Notes: generated by a model not told the origin, from the letters alone. A DNA stretch of 64,000 nucleotides from Candidatus Zixiibacteriota bacterium (GCA_050117845.1 JASFLY010000004.1:134511-198510); one strand, 5' to 3'; shown: positions 36,728-47,681, numbered from the stretch's first letter. Made by a program: numbers and translations.

Positions 36728-38665
36728 ATGAAACGGGTTGCTTTTAGTTGGCGGTGGGCGTTGCCCGGGGCCATCTTCCTGGGGGCATTGGCCGTTCGCT
36801 TGCCGGGGATAGGTTTCGGTTTGCCGTATCTGTACCACGGGGACGAGCATTGTCTGGTACGGCCTATCCGGCAGTTCCTCATCAGCGGCGACCTCTTGCC
36901 CCACATGTACTACTACCCCTCGGTTTACATATATCTTCAATTCCTCTTCGCTCCCTTGAGTTACCTCATATTCGTTTTGAAGCAAGGGCCGGCGTCCCCG
37001 GCCGCGACGGGTTTGGCGGACTTCCTGTTGGTGGGTCGGGTTCTAACGGCCGTTGTCGGGGCGGCCGCGGCCCCTTTGGTCTACTACTTCGCCGTGCGAA
37101 TATGGCGGGATAGGCTCGCGGGGGTCCTCGCGGCCGCGCTCCTTTTATTGTCGCCGCTTCACGCGATGGACTCCCGCTACCTCACGACCGACATCCCGAT
37201 GGCGACGACGGCCTTTCTCGGCTTTTTCTTATTGTCCGTTTACCTCGAAAGCCGCTCTTGGAAGATGCTTCTCGCGGCGGGCGTAACGCTGGGGGCGGCC
37301 GTGGCGTTGAAGTACAACGCGGCCTTCTTCGTCGTGGCCGCGGCCGCCGTTATAGCCATATACGACCGGTCGTGGCGCCGTGCGTTGGCGCTCGCGGCCG
37401 CCGCCTTGCTGACCTTCCTGGTCCTGACGCCCGGCCTTTATCTCGATACCGGCCTTTTCCTCCGCCATACCGTCTTCGTTTCGGATTTCTATTATGTCAA
37501 GGGTGCTGGCGTACGGGCCGTTTTGGTTTTGGGGTTGTACTTGAAGCAACTGTGGTTGCGTTCAATTACGCCCGGACCCTTGATCTGCGCCGTGGCGGGA
37601 TTGGCCCTTTTAATCTACGGTAAGCGGCGGCACGTCGCGGCCTTCGTCCTCTTCCCGGCGACGTACGCCGTTTTCCTCGCCGGCATCAAGGTGTATTTTA
37701 ACCGCGGCCTCGAACCCATAATGCCTTACCTTTGTTTATCGGCGGGTCTGGCCGCCGCGGCCTTCGTCCGATTTTTACGAAGGAAATTCAAACCGGCCGT
37801 CGCGATAGTAATGGCCGCGGCGTTCCTCGTTCTTTTATTCATCAGGCCGGCGGTGATAACGGTTCGCGAGGCCGGGATGTTGATGGGGGAAGACCGCCTA
37901 ATACAGGCCAGAACTTGGTTCGAGGCGCGGACGCCGTGGCCGTTGTGCGTCGAGAAAGAAGCTTTGAATCCGGCGCCGCAGGCCGAGGGGGGCCAAACAG
38001 AAACGCCGCCCCTCGACCCGTATAAATACGACGTCCGCGCAAGCGTTTTCCTCGTGGACCGGCCTATCGACGATTTCGCCCGGGCCGGCGTCGTTTATCT
38101 CCTTACGCCGGATTTGGAAGCGAATCTCGACGTGTACGCCGGCGCGTCTCCCGGGCGGATGGAGGAGGCCCGGCAGAACTACGATTCGATACTGGCGGGC
38201 ACCGACCGCGTCCTCTACCTGCCCCGGCCGCCGCACGACTTCCGGCCGGCGGTGGAGATATACCGATTGCATGACGACGTACTGCGGCGGAACAATCCGC
38301 CCCGCGGGGGCGTCGCCTTCCGGGAGAAGTGGGTCCGGTCGGAGGCGGACCCATCGCGGACGATGGGCCGGGTGGACGGGCGCTTCGCGCTGGAAGCTCC
38401 CGCCCGGGCCGGGGCCTGCTTCACGGCTCCGGCGGAGCGTTTCCGCGTCACGGCCATCGCCGAGGTCCTGGCGGGGGACCCGAGGATAGTGCTGGAGCTC
38501 GACGGCGTGGAGGTGGCGGCGGGGGACCTGTCGGAAAGCGGCGTGGTGAAAACGCCGCCGCTCGCGGCGCCGCCGTACTACCGGCACCTGGCGGTGCGCT
38601 GTCTCGGGCCGGCGGGCTCCCGGGCCCGGCTCAGGAGCGTAATAGTCGATGCGGCGCCCAAGTAA
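36728..38665 (+). CDS. ArnT/PMT-like GT-C membrane glycosyltransferase (copy 2)
   Basis: Close tandem paralog of 34763-36700 (GLPYLYHGDE, SRYLTTD, LKYN). Confidence 0.85.
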   Translation: MKRVAFSWRWALPGAIFLGALAVRLPGIGFGLPYLYHGDEHCLVRPIRQFLISGDLLPHMYYYPSVYIYLQFLFAPLSYLIFVLKQGPASPAATGLADFLLVGRVLTAVVGAAAAPLVYYFAVRIWRDRLAGVLAAALLLLSPLHAMDSRYLTTDIPMATTAFLGFFLLSVYLESRSWKMLLAAGVTLGAAVALKYNAAFFVVAAAAVIAIYDRSWRRALALAAAALLTFLVLTPGLYLDTGLFLRHTVFVSDFYYVKGAGVRAVLVLGLYLKQLWLRSITPGPLICAVAGLALLIYGKRRHVAAFVLFPATYAVFLAGIKVYFNRGLEPIMPYLCLSAGLAAAAFVRFLRRKFKPAVAIVMAAAFLVLLFIRPAVITVREAGMLMGEDRLIQARTWFEARTPWPLCVEKEALNPAPQAEGGQTETPPLDPYKYDVRASVFLVDRPIDDFARAGVVYLLTPDLEANLDVYAGASPGRMEEARQNYDSILAGTDRVLYLPRPPHDFRPAVEIYRLHDDVLRRNNPPRGGVAFREKWVRSEADPSRTMGRVDGRFALEAPARAGACFTAPAERFRVTAIAEVLAGDPRIVLELDGVEVAAGDLSESGVVKTPPLAAPPYYRHLAVRCLGPAGSRARLRSVIVDAAPK

Positions 38666-38718
38666 AAAACCGGCGCATCGGCGCCGGTGAGGAGACTATT
38701 ATACGTCGTGGGCCGGCG

Positions 38719-41700
38719 TTATTCTCCCGCCACCGGCAGCGTGAAAGTGAAGGTCGACCCCTTGCCCTCTTCGCTCTCCACGCCGATCGTGCCGCCGTGA
38801 GCTTCGATTATGGCGCGGGCGATATAGAGGCCCAGGCCGGAGCCGCGGGCGCGCCGGTCGCCGTCCTGGCTGAAGGTCCGGAACTTTTCGAAGAGGTGGG
38901 GCAGATCGTCCTTCGGGACGCCGATGCCGGTGTCGGATACGCCCAGCGTGATCATCCCGTCCTTGACGCCCCCGGTGAATATCTTCACGGAACCCCCTTC
39001 CGGCGTGAACTTCAACGCGTTGCCGACGAGGTTCGAGAGCACCTGGAGAAGTTTAGCCTCGTCGCCCCATACCAGCGGCAGGTCGGGCTCCACCGAGGTG
39101 GAGAAATCGATGCCCTGTTTCCCCGCTATGACCCGCGCCCCGTCGTAGGCCTCGGCCACCAGGGGCTCGACGGCCACGGGCGCCGGCGTCACTTTTATCC
39201 CCGCGTCCTCCAGGCGGCGGTAGTCCAGGATGTTGTTGATGAGGTCTATCAGCCGCTTCGATTCCCTCGGGATAATGCGCACGAGGTTCATTATCCGGTC
39301 GTCGACTTCGCCGGCGAGCAGCTCCTCTATGATTTCGCTGGAACCGAGGATGCCGGTCATCGGCGTCCGGAGGTCGTGGACCAGCATGGAGACGAAGTCC
39401 GCCTTCATCTCCTCGCTGTTGCGGAGTTCGGCGTTGGCGAGTTCGAGTTCCTCGGCTTTCTGTTTGACCTCCTCCATCAGCGTGGAGTTGCGCAACGCCA
39501 CGGCAATCTGCCCGGATAGCGTTTCGAGGGCCGCGACGTCCGCCTCGTCGAAGGCGTTGGGCCACCGACTCTCGACGTTGAGCAGGGCCGTAACCTGGTC
39601 GTCGAGTTTTACCGGGACGCAGAGCTGTGACAGCATGGGCGGGAGGAAACTTACTTCCATGAAGTCGGCCTCGCGCGTCGCGTCCGGCACCAGGGCCGTC
39701 TTGCCGGTGGTGGCGACGCGGCCGCAAACGCCCACGTCCAGCTTCTGGCGGTAGTCGATGGTCAGCGCCTTCGCCGCCCCCTGCACCTTGTAGGCCTGGA
39801 GGACCAACTCCCCGGCCTCGGCGTCGACCGTGAGGATGCTGACGTTTTGGAAGCGGAGGTCGTTCTGCACGCGCTCCACGATGGTGGGGTAAAGCTCGTC
39901 GATGTCGAGCACCGAGGACACGAGATTGCCGACGGCGTTGAGGTCGTAGAGCTGCTGCGTGCGCCGGGCCGCCTCCTCGAAGAGCCGCGCGTTCTGCAGC
40001 GCGACCGCGACCTGATCGGCGAAGGCCGTCAGGATGTCCATGTCCGACTGGCTGAACGCGCCCGGCTCGTCGTGATACACGCCGATGCAACCCAGGCTCC
40101 GGTTTTCGTACAGTACCGGGGCGTATATCTCGGAGCGGGCTCCCGTGCCGTTCTCGTCGGTGAACTCGTCGTCCTCCTGCACGTCGCTCACGAGTAGGGG
40201 CCGGCGCTCGTTGACGACCCAGCCCGGCCGCTGGCGGTGGGCGGTGAGTTCGGCTATTTCGATGTTTTCCTGGCACAGGTTCTTGCTGGCGACGATTTTG
40301 AATTGCCGGTGGATTTCGTCGTAGGAATAGACGGCGCCCCGGGCGAAATTCAGGAAATTACCCAATTCGTCCAGGACCCGCACCATCAGCTCTTCGGGGT
40401 CGTGGATGGAGTTGATGACCTTCGTAATGTTGGCCACGGCGTGGAGGCGTTTCGTCCGGCCCCGAAGGGTTTCCACCACGGCCGCCTCCTCGCCCACCAG
40501 CGCGGCGTAACTCACGAAGAGCTCCAGCATGAAGAGACTCTCGTCGTCCGGCATCCGGTGCTCGAGGGGGACGTCGAGGATGACGTAACCGATGGTCTTG
40601 CTCTCGCGGCCGTACATCTTCACGAGGAAGAGGTCGCGCGAATCCCAGTCGCCGGCCCGGCCGTCGCCGACCGGTTTCACCCGGCGGATAAGGTCGGCCG
40701 TTTCCTCGCCGTACGGAATGTGGAAGGTGTTGCCCCGGCGGTAGGGTTCGAGGACGGGGCTCTCCAGCGTCTCTTTGATAGCCTGCGCCGACTCCAAGGC
40801 GCCGGCCAGCGCCTCAATCTCCTCGTCGCTGTACCCGAACGACGCCGTGTGCGCGGGCGCCGTCTCCGGGCCGAATATTTTCAGGTAGGCTTTTCCCCAG
40901 CCCAGGCCGCGGATCCCCTTGGCGACGAGTTGCAGCTTATCGGCCAGGTTCTCCTGCTCCCGGATGCGGCCTGCGATACGGAAGAGGTGCGCCAGGCGGT
41001 TGCGCTCGAAGACCAGCCGGTCCGTTTTCTCCTCGAGCTCCGCTTCCAGCTTGACGTGGGGCGTGACGTCGTCGGTGACGATGGCGAGGCCGGTAACACG
41101 GCCGTCGGGGTCGCGCCGCGGCGATATGCGCAGGTCGAGGAAGGCCTCGCGGCCGAAGCGGTCCTTGTGGCGGAAACGTTCTATCCGGTAGGGTTTACCC
41201 GTCTCGAGTACGTCGCGCAAGCGCTCGCGGACCTTCTTGCGGCCCATCTGCTCCTGCTTGAGGTGGGGCATGACCTCGAATATCTCGCGGCCAAGGGCGT
41301 CCTCCTCGGCGATCCCCGACTGGATCTCCTGGCCCTGCGACCACCGCGTCACGCGCATCTCGCGGTCAGTGGCGATAACGCCGAGCGGGAGGTTGTCCAG
41401 GAGTTGTTCGCCCGGGCCGCCCGCTTTCGCGCTTTCCTCGGCCCCGGGGAGGACCGTCACGATAAGGACTTCCTTGCCCCCGGCGAGGAAGCGCCGGGCC
41501 CGCAGCTTCGCCGGCGAAACGTTTCCCTCCAGCGAGATTATCTTGACCGGCGCGCCCTCGAGGAGGCCGCCTCGCCGGGCGTCCTCCCAGATGCCGGACA
41601 GCTCGTCCTCGCCCCCCGCCAGGATGCCGGCGAAGTGCCGGCCCACCAGGTCGGCCGAGTCGTAGCCGAAAATATGGCCGGCGGCGCAGGCCACCGCGGC

Positions 41701-41814
41701 GACGCTGCCGTCCCCGGTAACCACGAAAGCCGGGAATCCCCCTACGGCCGCGGCTTGCGCCAACGCCTGGAAAATCGGCGGCGTCCGTTCAGTATGGATA
41801 GGTTTTTCGGACAA
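38719..41814 (-). CDS. Cytoplasmic multi-sensor histidine kinase (PAS-PAS-GAFs-HisKA-HATPase)
   Basis: VHDLRTPM H-box, [28 protein letters not shown] motifs SEIYAPV and SQLCVPV; TTG start, exact start uncertain. Confidence 0.92.
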   Translation of the reverse strand: MSEKPIHTERTPPIFQALAQAAAVGGFPAFVVTGDGSVAAVACAAGHIFGYDSADLVGRHFAGILAGGEDELSGIWEDARRGGLLEGAPVKIISLEGNVSPAKLRARRFLAGGKEVLIVTVLPGAEESAKAGGPGEQLLDNLPLGVIATDREMRVTRWSQGQEIQSGIAEEDALGREIFEVMPHLKQEQMGRKKVRERLRDVLETGKPYRIERFRHKDRFGREAFLDLRISPRRDPDGRVTGLAIVTDDVTPHVKLEAELEEKTDRLVFERNRLAHLFRIAGRIREQENLADKLQLVAKGIRGLGWGKAYLKIFGPETAPAHTASFGYSDEEIEALAGALESAQAIKETLESPVLEPYRRGNTFHIPYGEETADLIRRVKPVGDGRAGDWDSRDLFLVKMYGRESKTIGYVILDVPLEHRMPDDESLFMLELFVSYAALVGEEAAVVETLRGRTKRLHAVANITKVINSIHDPEELMVRVLDELGNFLNFARGAVYSYDEIHRQFKIVASKNLCQENIEIAELTAHRQRPGWVVNERRPLLVSDVQEDDEFTDENGTGARSEIYAPVLYENRSLGCIGVYHDEPGAFSQSDMDILTAFADQVAVALQNARLFEEAARRTQQLYDLNAVGNLVSSVLDIDELYPTIVERVQNDLRFQNVSILTVDAEAGELVLQAYKVQGAAKALTIDYRQKLDVGVCGRVATTGKTALVPDATREADFMEVSFLPPMLSQLCVPVKLDDQVTALLNVESRWPNAFDEADVAALETLSGQIAVALRNSTLMEEVKQKAEELELANAELRNSEEMKADFVSMLVHDLRTPMTGILGSSEIIEELLAGEVDDRIMNLVRIIPRESKRLIDLINNILDYRRLEDAGIKVTPAPVAVEPLVAEAYDGARVIAGKQGIDFSTSVEPDLPLVWGDEAKLLQVLSNLVGNALKFTPEGGSVKIFTGGVKDGMITLGVSDTGIGVPKDDLPHLFEKFRTFSQDGDRRARGSGLGLYIARAIIEAHGGTIGVESEEGKGSTFTFTLPVAGE

Positions 41815-41928
41815 AATACTATCCTGCGTCCCCCGGGCGAGCGTTCTAGGCGCATCCCCCGAATATGACGATAATTAAATGTAATGTCGTATTTCTAAAC
41901 AAAATTATAACACCCTCACCCGAGGCGG

Positions 41929-42705
41929 TCAAATAACCCCTTTATTATTCTGAATTTGTGGCGGAAATGTCAAGGATAAACTCTTGATTTTTAAGCCACT
42001 TTGGTAGGCGAGATGGGCCCGGATGAACGACAGGGCCCCTTCGACCAGCTCCGGCCCGGCTTTAATGCGGGCCACGCGCGATACGTCGTACGACAGCAGC
42101 GCTTTTACGTAATTATACGTCCGGGCCGGGATGACGAGCGATTGTCCGGCCGACCGGTCGCATTCCCGGCAGACGATGCTGCCTTCCGCCGGCGAGAACG
42201 CGACGCCGTCCTTGGGCGCGGGCCGGCCGCATACGGCGCATACGTCCAGGTCGGGCTTAAGGCCGAGGTGAACGGCGAGGCCGAGTAGAAAATGGGTGAG
42301 CAGCGCCGGCCCCGGGCCGCCCCGGTCGAGCTCGTTCAGCGAGCCGGCCAGTAATTCAAAAAGGGCTTCGTCCGGGTCGCCCTCGGCGCTGAGGCGGTCG
42401 AGGGATTCCGCCATGGCGAGGCCGTAGGGCAGATCCCTCGGGGATTCGCGGATGAAACGGCCGGAGTGCAGGACCGTCGTCTCGGCCAGCGTGAAGAGGT
42501 CCTTCCCCTCCCGCCAGTAGAAAACGAATTCGCCGCGGCTCAAAGGTTCGAGCGCGGCGCCGTGCTTGTTGCGTCGTTGGCGGGCCCCCCGCGCCAGAAG
42601 CTGGACCTTCCCCGCCGCCCGCGTGTAAACGACGGCGATGCGGGAAGACTCCTGGAAGTCCCGGCGCTTAAGGACCACCCCCTCGCTTCGGATTATTTCG
42701 GTCAC
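41929..42705 (-). CDS. recO: DNA repair protein RecO
   Basis: GVVLKRRDFQESSRI..YTRAAGK..LARGAR OB-fold; CAVC...CREC zinc finger. Confidence 0.93.
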   Translation of the reverse strand: MTEIIRSEGVVLKRRDFQESSRIAVVYTRAAGKVQLLARGARQRRNKHGAALEPLSRGEFVFYWREGKDLFTLAETTVLHSGRFIRESPRDLPYGLAMAESLDRLSAEGDPDEALFELLAGSLNELDRGGPGPALLTHFLLGLAVHLGLKPDLDVCAVCGRPAPKDGVAFSPAEGSIVCRECDRSAGQSLVIPARTYNYVKALLSYDVSRVARIKAGPELVEGALSFIRAHLAYQSGLKIKSLSLTFPPQIQNNKGVI

Positions 42706-42711
42706 GGCCTT

Positions 42712-44265
42712 TTAACCCAGGTAACCCATACCCTCGAGGCGCGCCCGAACCTCGGCGTCCTCGCCGTCGGCGTAGCCCACGCCGCCCACGTCGTAGTCCT
42801 GGTAGGCGGGCGGTTCGTCGGCCAAAGCGTCCGGCCGCACTATCTCGGCCAGGACGCGGCCGTCCAGCCCCGCCGGAACGGCCTGCCCCATGAGGTACAT
42901 GGCCGTGGGATATATGTCCTCCAGCGTGGCCGCCTCGGGCGTCGAGGCCGGCAGGACCGCGGGTCCCCGCGCGAAGATTATTCCCTCCCGCCGATGCTCG
43001 CCCGGCCGGGCCCGCCGCGGCGCCACCGCCGGGTCGTCCGAGAATTCCTTCAGGCGGATGCCGTCCTCCCACAGCGGCAGGTAGAGGTCCGGCGCTTCGT
43101 CGAGCAGCGGGCCGTGGTACACTTCCTCCCGGCCCAGCGCCCTCGCCGTCATGCCCGGATGCAGCTCGTCCAGGCTCGCGACGAGGTCGTCGCGAACGCG
43201 GCCGTAGTCCTCCCGCTTGACTATCCCCTCGGGCTCGCGGCCGGCGACGTTCAGGTAGACGCCGTACTGCGTCGCCGTCCCCGGGAAGGCCGTCGTCTTC
43301 GACCAGTCCACGGCGGCGAAGACCGAAAGCTTCTCCATGACGCGGCCTCGCGCCGAATCTCGCCAGCGGCCCGGCAGGCGTTTGCGGAGGTTGAAGACGT
43401 CCAGCTTGGCTATCGTGTCCATGAAGCCGCGCGGCGTCGGCCCCTTCTTGTCGCGGAGGGTCATGAAGCCGTGGTCGATGAGGTGTCGGCCGAGGTCGAC
43501 CTCGCCCTCCACCGGCCCAAAGCCGTGGTCCGACACGACGAACGTCGTGGCGTCCGGCCCGCCGGCCTCCAAAAATTCCCCCAGCGTCGCGTCCAACCAG
43601 ACGTAATGCTCCGCCACTTTCTCGGGTTGGTCCCAGAAGAAGTGCATCAGCCGGTCGACGCCGGTGAAGATAACGACGAAGAGCTCCGGCGCGTGGGTCC
43701 GCATAAGGTGGAGCGCGGCCTTCTTGCGCGCCTCCTCCACCCGGTACAGGTCCTCGATGAAGGGCTCGTCCCGGCCCTCCTCGTAATTGGCCGGGTCCAT
43801 GTCTATGTGGTACTCGCCGACGCGGCGCAGCTCCTCGCCGAGAGACGTCGGGTACAGGTAACCGTCGTCCAGCTTGGGCGTGAGCATCCCCGGGATGACG
43901 AAGCCGTTAACGGGCCGCGGCGGGAACGTGAGCGGGACGTTGATGCTTCCCACCCGGCGGCCCACCGACGACAGCGTATCGAAGATGCGGGGCTGGGACA
44001 GCGCCGAGGCGTTCTGCAGGCGGCGGTGATAGCCGCGGCCGGGGGGAGCCAGGAAGTCGAAGACGCCGTGGCGGCCGGGGTTGAGGCCCGTCATGAAGGA
44101 GGCCCAGGCGGGAGCGGTGAGCGGCGGGTAGACCGAGTACAGCTTTCCGGCCGCGCCCTCGGCCTTCACCTTCGCGAGGTGGGGCAGCCGACCCTGGGCC
44201 ATCAGCGGGTCGATTATATTGAAAGTACCGCCGTCGATTCCGAATATTATTACCGGGGGCGTCAC
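42712..44265 (-). CDS. Alkaline phosphatase-superfamily (nucleotide pyrophosphatase/phosphodiesterase-like) protein
   Basis: GIDGGT, PAWASFMTGLNPGRHGVFDF, VVSDHGF, GEHRREG, RLEGMGYL. Confidence 0.88.
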   Translation of the reverse strand: MTPPVIIFGIDGGTFNIIDPLMAQGRLPHLAKVKAEGAAGKLYSVYPPLTAPAWASFMTGLNPGRHGVFDFLAPPGRGYHRRLQNASALSQPRIFDTLSSVGRRVGSINVPLTFPPRPVNGFVIPGMLTPKLDDGYLYPTSLGEELRRVGEYHIDMDPANYEEGRDEPFIEDLYRVEEARKKAALHLMRTHAPELFVVIFTGVDRLMHFFWDQPEKVAEHYVWLDATLGEFLEAGGPDATTFVVSDHGFGPVEGEVDLGRHLIDHGFMTLRDKKGPTPRGFMDTIAKLDVFNLRKRLPGRWRDSARGRVMEKLSVFAAVDWSKTTAFPGTATQYGVYLNVAGREPEGIVKREDYGRVRDDLVASLDELHPGMTARALGREEVYHGPLLDEAPDLYLPLWEDGIRLKEFSDDPAVAPRRARPGEHRREGIIFARGPAVLPASTPEAATLEDIYPTAMYLMGQAVPAGLDGRVLAEIVRPDALADEPPAYQDYDVGGVGYADGEDAEVRARLEGMGYLG

Positions 44266-45542
44266 GGCTTGACCTCGTCTGCTTCCATCCGGTTCAGCGC
44301 CACCAGGGCGCCGGCGAGCGTGAATAGTATGGCCATAATCTCGTAGTCGCCGAAAGTGTATTCGAAGAAGCCTTCCACCAGGAAACCGGCCGTGGCGCCG
44401 ATGCCCGCCAGGCCGAGCGTTCGGGCCGTCGGCGAGCGGGCCCGCCGGTACCCCTTGATGAACAGCCGCATGAGTGCGTAGAAGAAGAACGCGAAGACCG
44501 CCAGGCCCACGACGCCCCGCTCCACGACGAGTTGGATGTAATTGTTGTGCGCGTGCGGGACCATCGTTTCCACCGACTCCTCGTCCTTGTAAGAGTCGTA
44601 TAAATATAAGGTGTTATGGATGCCGATGCCCGTTATCGGGTAGTCCCGGGCGATGCGCAACGTGGTCCGCCAGATGTCCACGCGGAACTCCGGCGGCCCC
44701 TCGGACTCGCCGCTTTCGCGTTCCGTGGCCGCGTTGATGATGGACTCCGCGCGTTTGATTATGGGCCGGGGGGCGATGATGACGGCGAGCGCGACCACCA
44801 CCGGAAAAGCCCACAACAGCCGCCTCTCCGCCACGACGGCGATGACGAAGACCGACGCCGCGAGGCCCACCCACGCCGAACGCACCAGCGAGGCCGCGAG
44901 GCCCGCGAGCATCACGGCGAGCAAGAGCCCCAACGCCGCCTTGGCCTTGCCCGACAGCTTCCCCCGCACGAACTGCGCCACCGTCACCGTTATCGCGAGC
45001 ATCATGACGCCGCCGTACGTCATGTAGAACATCCGGCCGCCGGGCCTGACGGTGAAAACGTCCGCCCCCTCGGCCACCGCCCGGGCGAACTGGAAGACGG
45101 CGTAGGCCGAGTTCGCCGCCGCCGCGATCAGGAAGACCCAAAGCATTATTTTTACGAGCTTCGGCTTGTGGGCCGGGAGGCCGAAGGCCACGGTGTAATA
45201 CAACAGCGGGGCGGTGTAGGTCAGCGTCCAGAGGAAGGAGCGGTTTCCGAACTCCGCGCCGCCCACCAGGTAGGCCGTCGCCGACGACAGGATCATCGAG
45301 GCGTAAAGGGCCGCGAAGGGCCAGTCGAGGGGGGAGTGGTACAGCGGAGCCCGGCGCGTCATGTCCGCCCGGATGATGAGCGGCAACAGGACGAAGGCGA
45401 ATACCGCCCAGTTGCACAGCGAGATGGAGAAGCCCAGTCCCGCGGCGAAGAGGATCCAGCCCGGCAGCGGCCAGCGCCGGAGGAACTTCATGACCGCGCG
45501 GAAGGCGGGAGCGTCGTCGATGGGGAAGGCCGCGTTCTTCAT
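44262..45542 (-). CDS. O-antigen ligase / Wzy_C family membrane protein
   Basis: Start reassigned to ATG 45542 (ATGA overlap with the upstream stop); RSAWVG, RVDIW...PITGIG, HAHNNYIQLVVERGVVG. Confidence 0.88.
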   Translation of the reverse strand: MKNAAFPIDDAPAFRAVMKFLRRWPLPGWILFAAGLGFSISLCNWAVFAFVLLPLIIRADMTRRAPLYHSPLDWPFAALYASMILSSATAYLVGGAEFGNRSFLWTLTYTAPLLYYTVAFGLPAHKPKLVKIMLWVFLIAAAANSAYAVFQFARAVAEGADVFTVRPGGRMFYMTYGGVMMLAITVTVAQFVRGKLSGKAKAALGLLLAVMLAGLAASLVRSAWVGLAASVFVIAVVAERRLLWAFPVVVALAVIIAPRPIIKRAESIINAATERESGESEGPPEFRVDIWRTTLRIARDYPITGIGIHNTLYLYDSYKDEESVETMVPHAHNNYIQLVVERGVVGLAVFAFFFYALMRLFIKGYRRARSPTARTLGLAGIGATAGFLVEGFFEYTFGDYEIMAILFTLAGALVALNRMEADEVKP

Positions 45543-46348
45543 TCCATGTTTCGAAGCAGGCTGTCCTGGCGGATTTTTTTGCGGAAGTCGCCGCCCGTCA
45601 TGGCGACGGTTTTGCATATCTCGTGGAGCCGCGAGCGGAGGCGCGGGCCGATACGGTCGGCCAGCGTCTCGTCCCGGCGGGCGAATTCGCCCAGCACGTC
45701 GCCCGCGCTTCCCGGGTCGTCCAGGTAGTTCGTCGTCGCGATTATAAGACGCTGGTTCACGTAGCGGCGGTTGATGACGTAGGCCAAAAAGTCGAGCGTC
45801 CAGTCGCGAATCTTCATCGACCCCAGGTCGTCGATGACCAGTACGTCGGCCGTGACGAGCGGCTCGAGGAGCGTGTACTCGTCGAACGCGCTGCCGGCGT
45901 AGCGCCGTTTGACCTCGGTGAGAAGGTCCGAGAAGTCGCACCAACGGCAGACGGCGCCCTTCTCGGCGGCCAGCTTCTTAATTATCCCGGCGGCCAGGTG
46001 GGTTTTGCCGACGCCCACCGGCCCCATGAAGAGCAGGCCCGCGTCGACGTTAGGGTAGTTTTCGACGAAAGACGCGGCCAGCAGGCCGGCCCGCCGTACC
46101 GTCTCGTCGGTGAAGGCCGGGACGGCGTGGAAGTTGTCGAGCGTGCATTCCCGGTAGCGGCGGGGGATGCCGGCCGCGGTCATGCGTCGCCGCGTCGCCG
46201 TCTCCCGGCGGCAGTCGCAGACGCGGGCCCGGCGGACGCCGTCCACCTCCTCGACGACGACGCCGGCGCCCAGGCACTCCGGGCACAGGTCCACGTCGTC
46301 GACGAACTCGACGTCCGGCAAAGTGAATTTCAAACGATCGTCTTCCAT
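45539..46348 (-). CDS. DnaC/DnaI/IstB-family AAA+ ATPase (helicase-loader-like)
   Basis: CPEC...CDC, AGIPRRY, GPVGVGKTHLA (Walker A), LVIDDLG (Walker B), RIGPRLRSRLHE. Confidence 0.9.
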   Translation of the reverse strand: MEDDRLKFTLPDVEFVDDVDLCPECLGAGVVVEEVDGVRRARVCDCRRETATRRRMTAAGIPRRYRECTLDNFHAVPAFTDETVRRAGLLAASFVENYPNVDAGLLFMGPVGVGKTHLAAGIIKKLAAEKGAVCRWCDFSDLLTEVKRRYAGSAFDEYTLLEPLVTADVLVIDDLGSMKIRDWTLDFLAYVINRRYVNQRLIIATTNYLDDPGSAGDVLGEFARRDETLADRIGPRLRSRLHEICKTVAMTGGDFRKKIRQDSLLRNME

Positions 46349-46358
46349 GAGCGTTACT

Positions 46359-46628
46359 CTATTCCGCGCGTGTCCCGCCGTCCGGGCGGCCTTTCCGCAG
46401 TTCCGCCTCCGCCGCCCACGAGCATTGCCGCAGCGTTCGGATGTCGTCCTGGCGGCGGAACGCCTCGTCTATCGCCCGCATGGCCGCGCCGGCGTCGAGG
46501 CCCGCTTTCTCCCATTCCGCGAGGACTTCCAGGTCGGCGGGGGAGAGCATCGTTCCCCGGCCCCGCCGCCGTATGAAGTACTCGGCTACCGCGGCGACGA
46601 AATCCTCGTCCTTAGCTTCCGCCGGCAT
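46359..46628 (-). CDS. Small DnaD-like protein
   Basis: LSPADLEVLAEWEKAG.....MRAIDEAF resembles the DnaD/DnaB_2 domain; lies directly upstream of the DnaC-like gene. Confidence 0.55.
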   Translation of the reverse strand: MPAEAKDEDFVAAVAEYFIRRRGRGTMLSPADLEVLAEWEKAGLDAGAAMRAIDEAFRRQDDIRTLRQCSWAAEAELRKGRPDGGTRAE

Positions 46629-47676
46629 CTATAACCGGGGGGATGGCCCGGCCCCGGCGCCGCGGCAGGTAGAACTTATACAGGAACCAGAGCACGACCG
46701 CGCCCGCCAGCAGTACGCCGGCGAAGGCGACGGTGATTATCAGGTAATTGTCTATCAGATCCGCGGCCCGCACGAGCACGGCGCCGCCGGCCAACGCCGC
46801 GGCGAGCAGGACGGCGTCGGGGAGGCTCGCGTCCTCCGACCTCGCGGCCAGCAAAGCGAAAAAGCCGCCCACGCCCCGGCCTACCGCGCGCCGCTCGGCC
46901 ACCAGTATCTCGGCCGTGACGAGCATCGTTATTAGGCAGCCGAAGAGGAAAGGCCACTTCCCGAAGAGGGCGAAGATGCCCGTCCCGATGGCCGTGAACC
47001 ATTCTATCAAAAATACCGCCGCGACGGGGGCCAATACCGTCCGCGTGCGGTGCGCGAGGTAGGCCAGCGCCAGCGCCTCCGGCAGTCGCCACAACAGGAA
47101 CACCAGTATGGGCTCGTGGCTCCCCATCCAGAAGGGCGCTCCCACCGGCGGCCATATCGTCGCGACGGCGGCCAGGACGGCCGCGGCCGCGAGGCCCGCC
47201 CTCTCCCCCAGCGTCCGGCCCACCAGCACGCGCACGTAGCCGTAAAACAGGTACGCGCCCGCCAGGCTCACGACGACGCGGGCCAGCACCGCCCCGGAGC
47301 CGGCGTTAAAGCGGTCCACCGGAACCGTCCCGACGAGTTCGGTCCCGGCGTAGTGCAGGCCGATTACCCACGCGGCCCGGTAGAACGTGAGCAGCACCGC
47401 CGCTGCGAAGCCGTAGTACAGCACCCGCGTCAGCGACGGGCCGCCCGAACGGTAGAAGAGCGACGGCGGCTTGGGGCCGGGCAGTATCAGCCTTAGTAGG
47501 ACGGTGGCCGCGAGCGTTACGCCCAACAGGAAGAGCGCGCGGACGAGGCCCGTCGGCTCGCCCGCCGTCGCCGCCAGCGAGCCGCCCGGGTTGAACGCCA
47601 CGAACGCGGCCATCGCTTCCAGGAAGACCGCGAAGGCGAGCAGCATCGAAATCGGATGTGATTTAACGTCGCTCAT
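46612..47676 (-). CDS. Polytopic membrane protein (possibly a degenerate CPBP/Abi-like fold)
   Basis: Start reassigned to ATG 47676 just after the uvrB stop; many TMs; YLAHRTRTVLAPV segment, but no EE/H catalytic motifs. Confidence 0.65.
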   Translation of the reverse strand: MSDVKSHPISMLLAFAVFLEAMAAFVAFNPGGSLAATAGEPTGLVRALFLLGVTLAATVLLRLILPGPKPPSLFYRSGGPSLTRVLYYGFAAAVLLTFYRAAWVIGLHYAGTELVGTVPVDRFNAGSGAVLARVVVSLAGAYLFYGYVRVLVGRTLGERAGLAAAAVLAAVATIWPPVGAPFWMGSHEPILVFLLWRLPEALALAYLAHRTRTVLAPVAAVFLIEWFTAIGTGIFALFGKWPFLFGCLITMLVTAEILVAERRAVGRGVGGFFALLAARSEDASLPDAVLLAAALAGGAVLVRAADLIDNYLIITVAFAGVLLAGAVVLWFLYKFYLPRRRGRAIPPVIDAGGS

Positions 47677-47681
47677 TCGCT

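Noticed and set aside
45539..46348. IS21 element (IstB)
   Set aside because: No IstA transposase or terminal inverted repeats; the gene is coupled to housekeeping genes.
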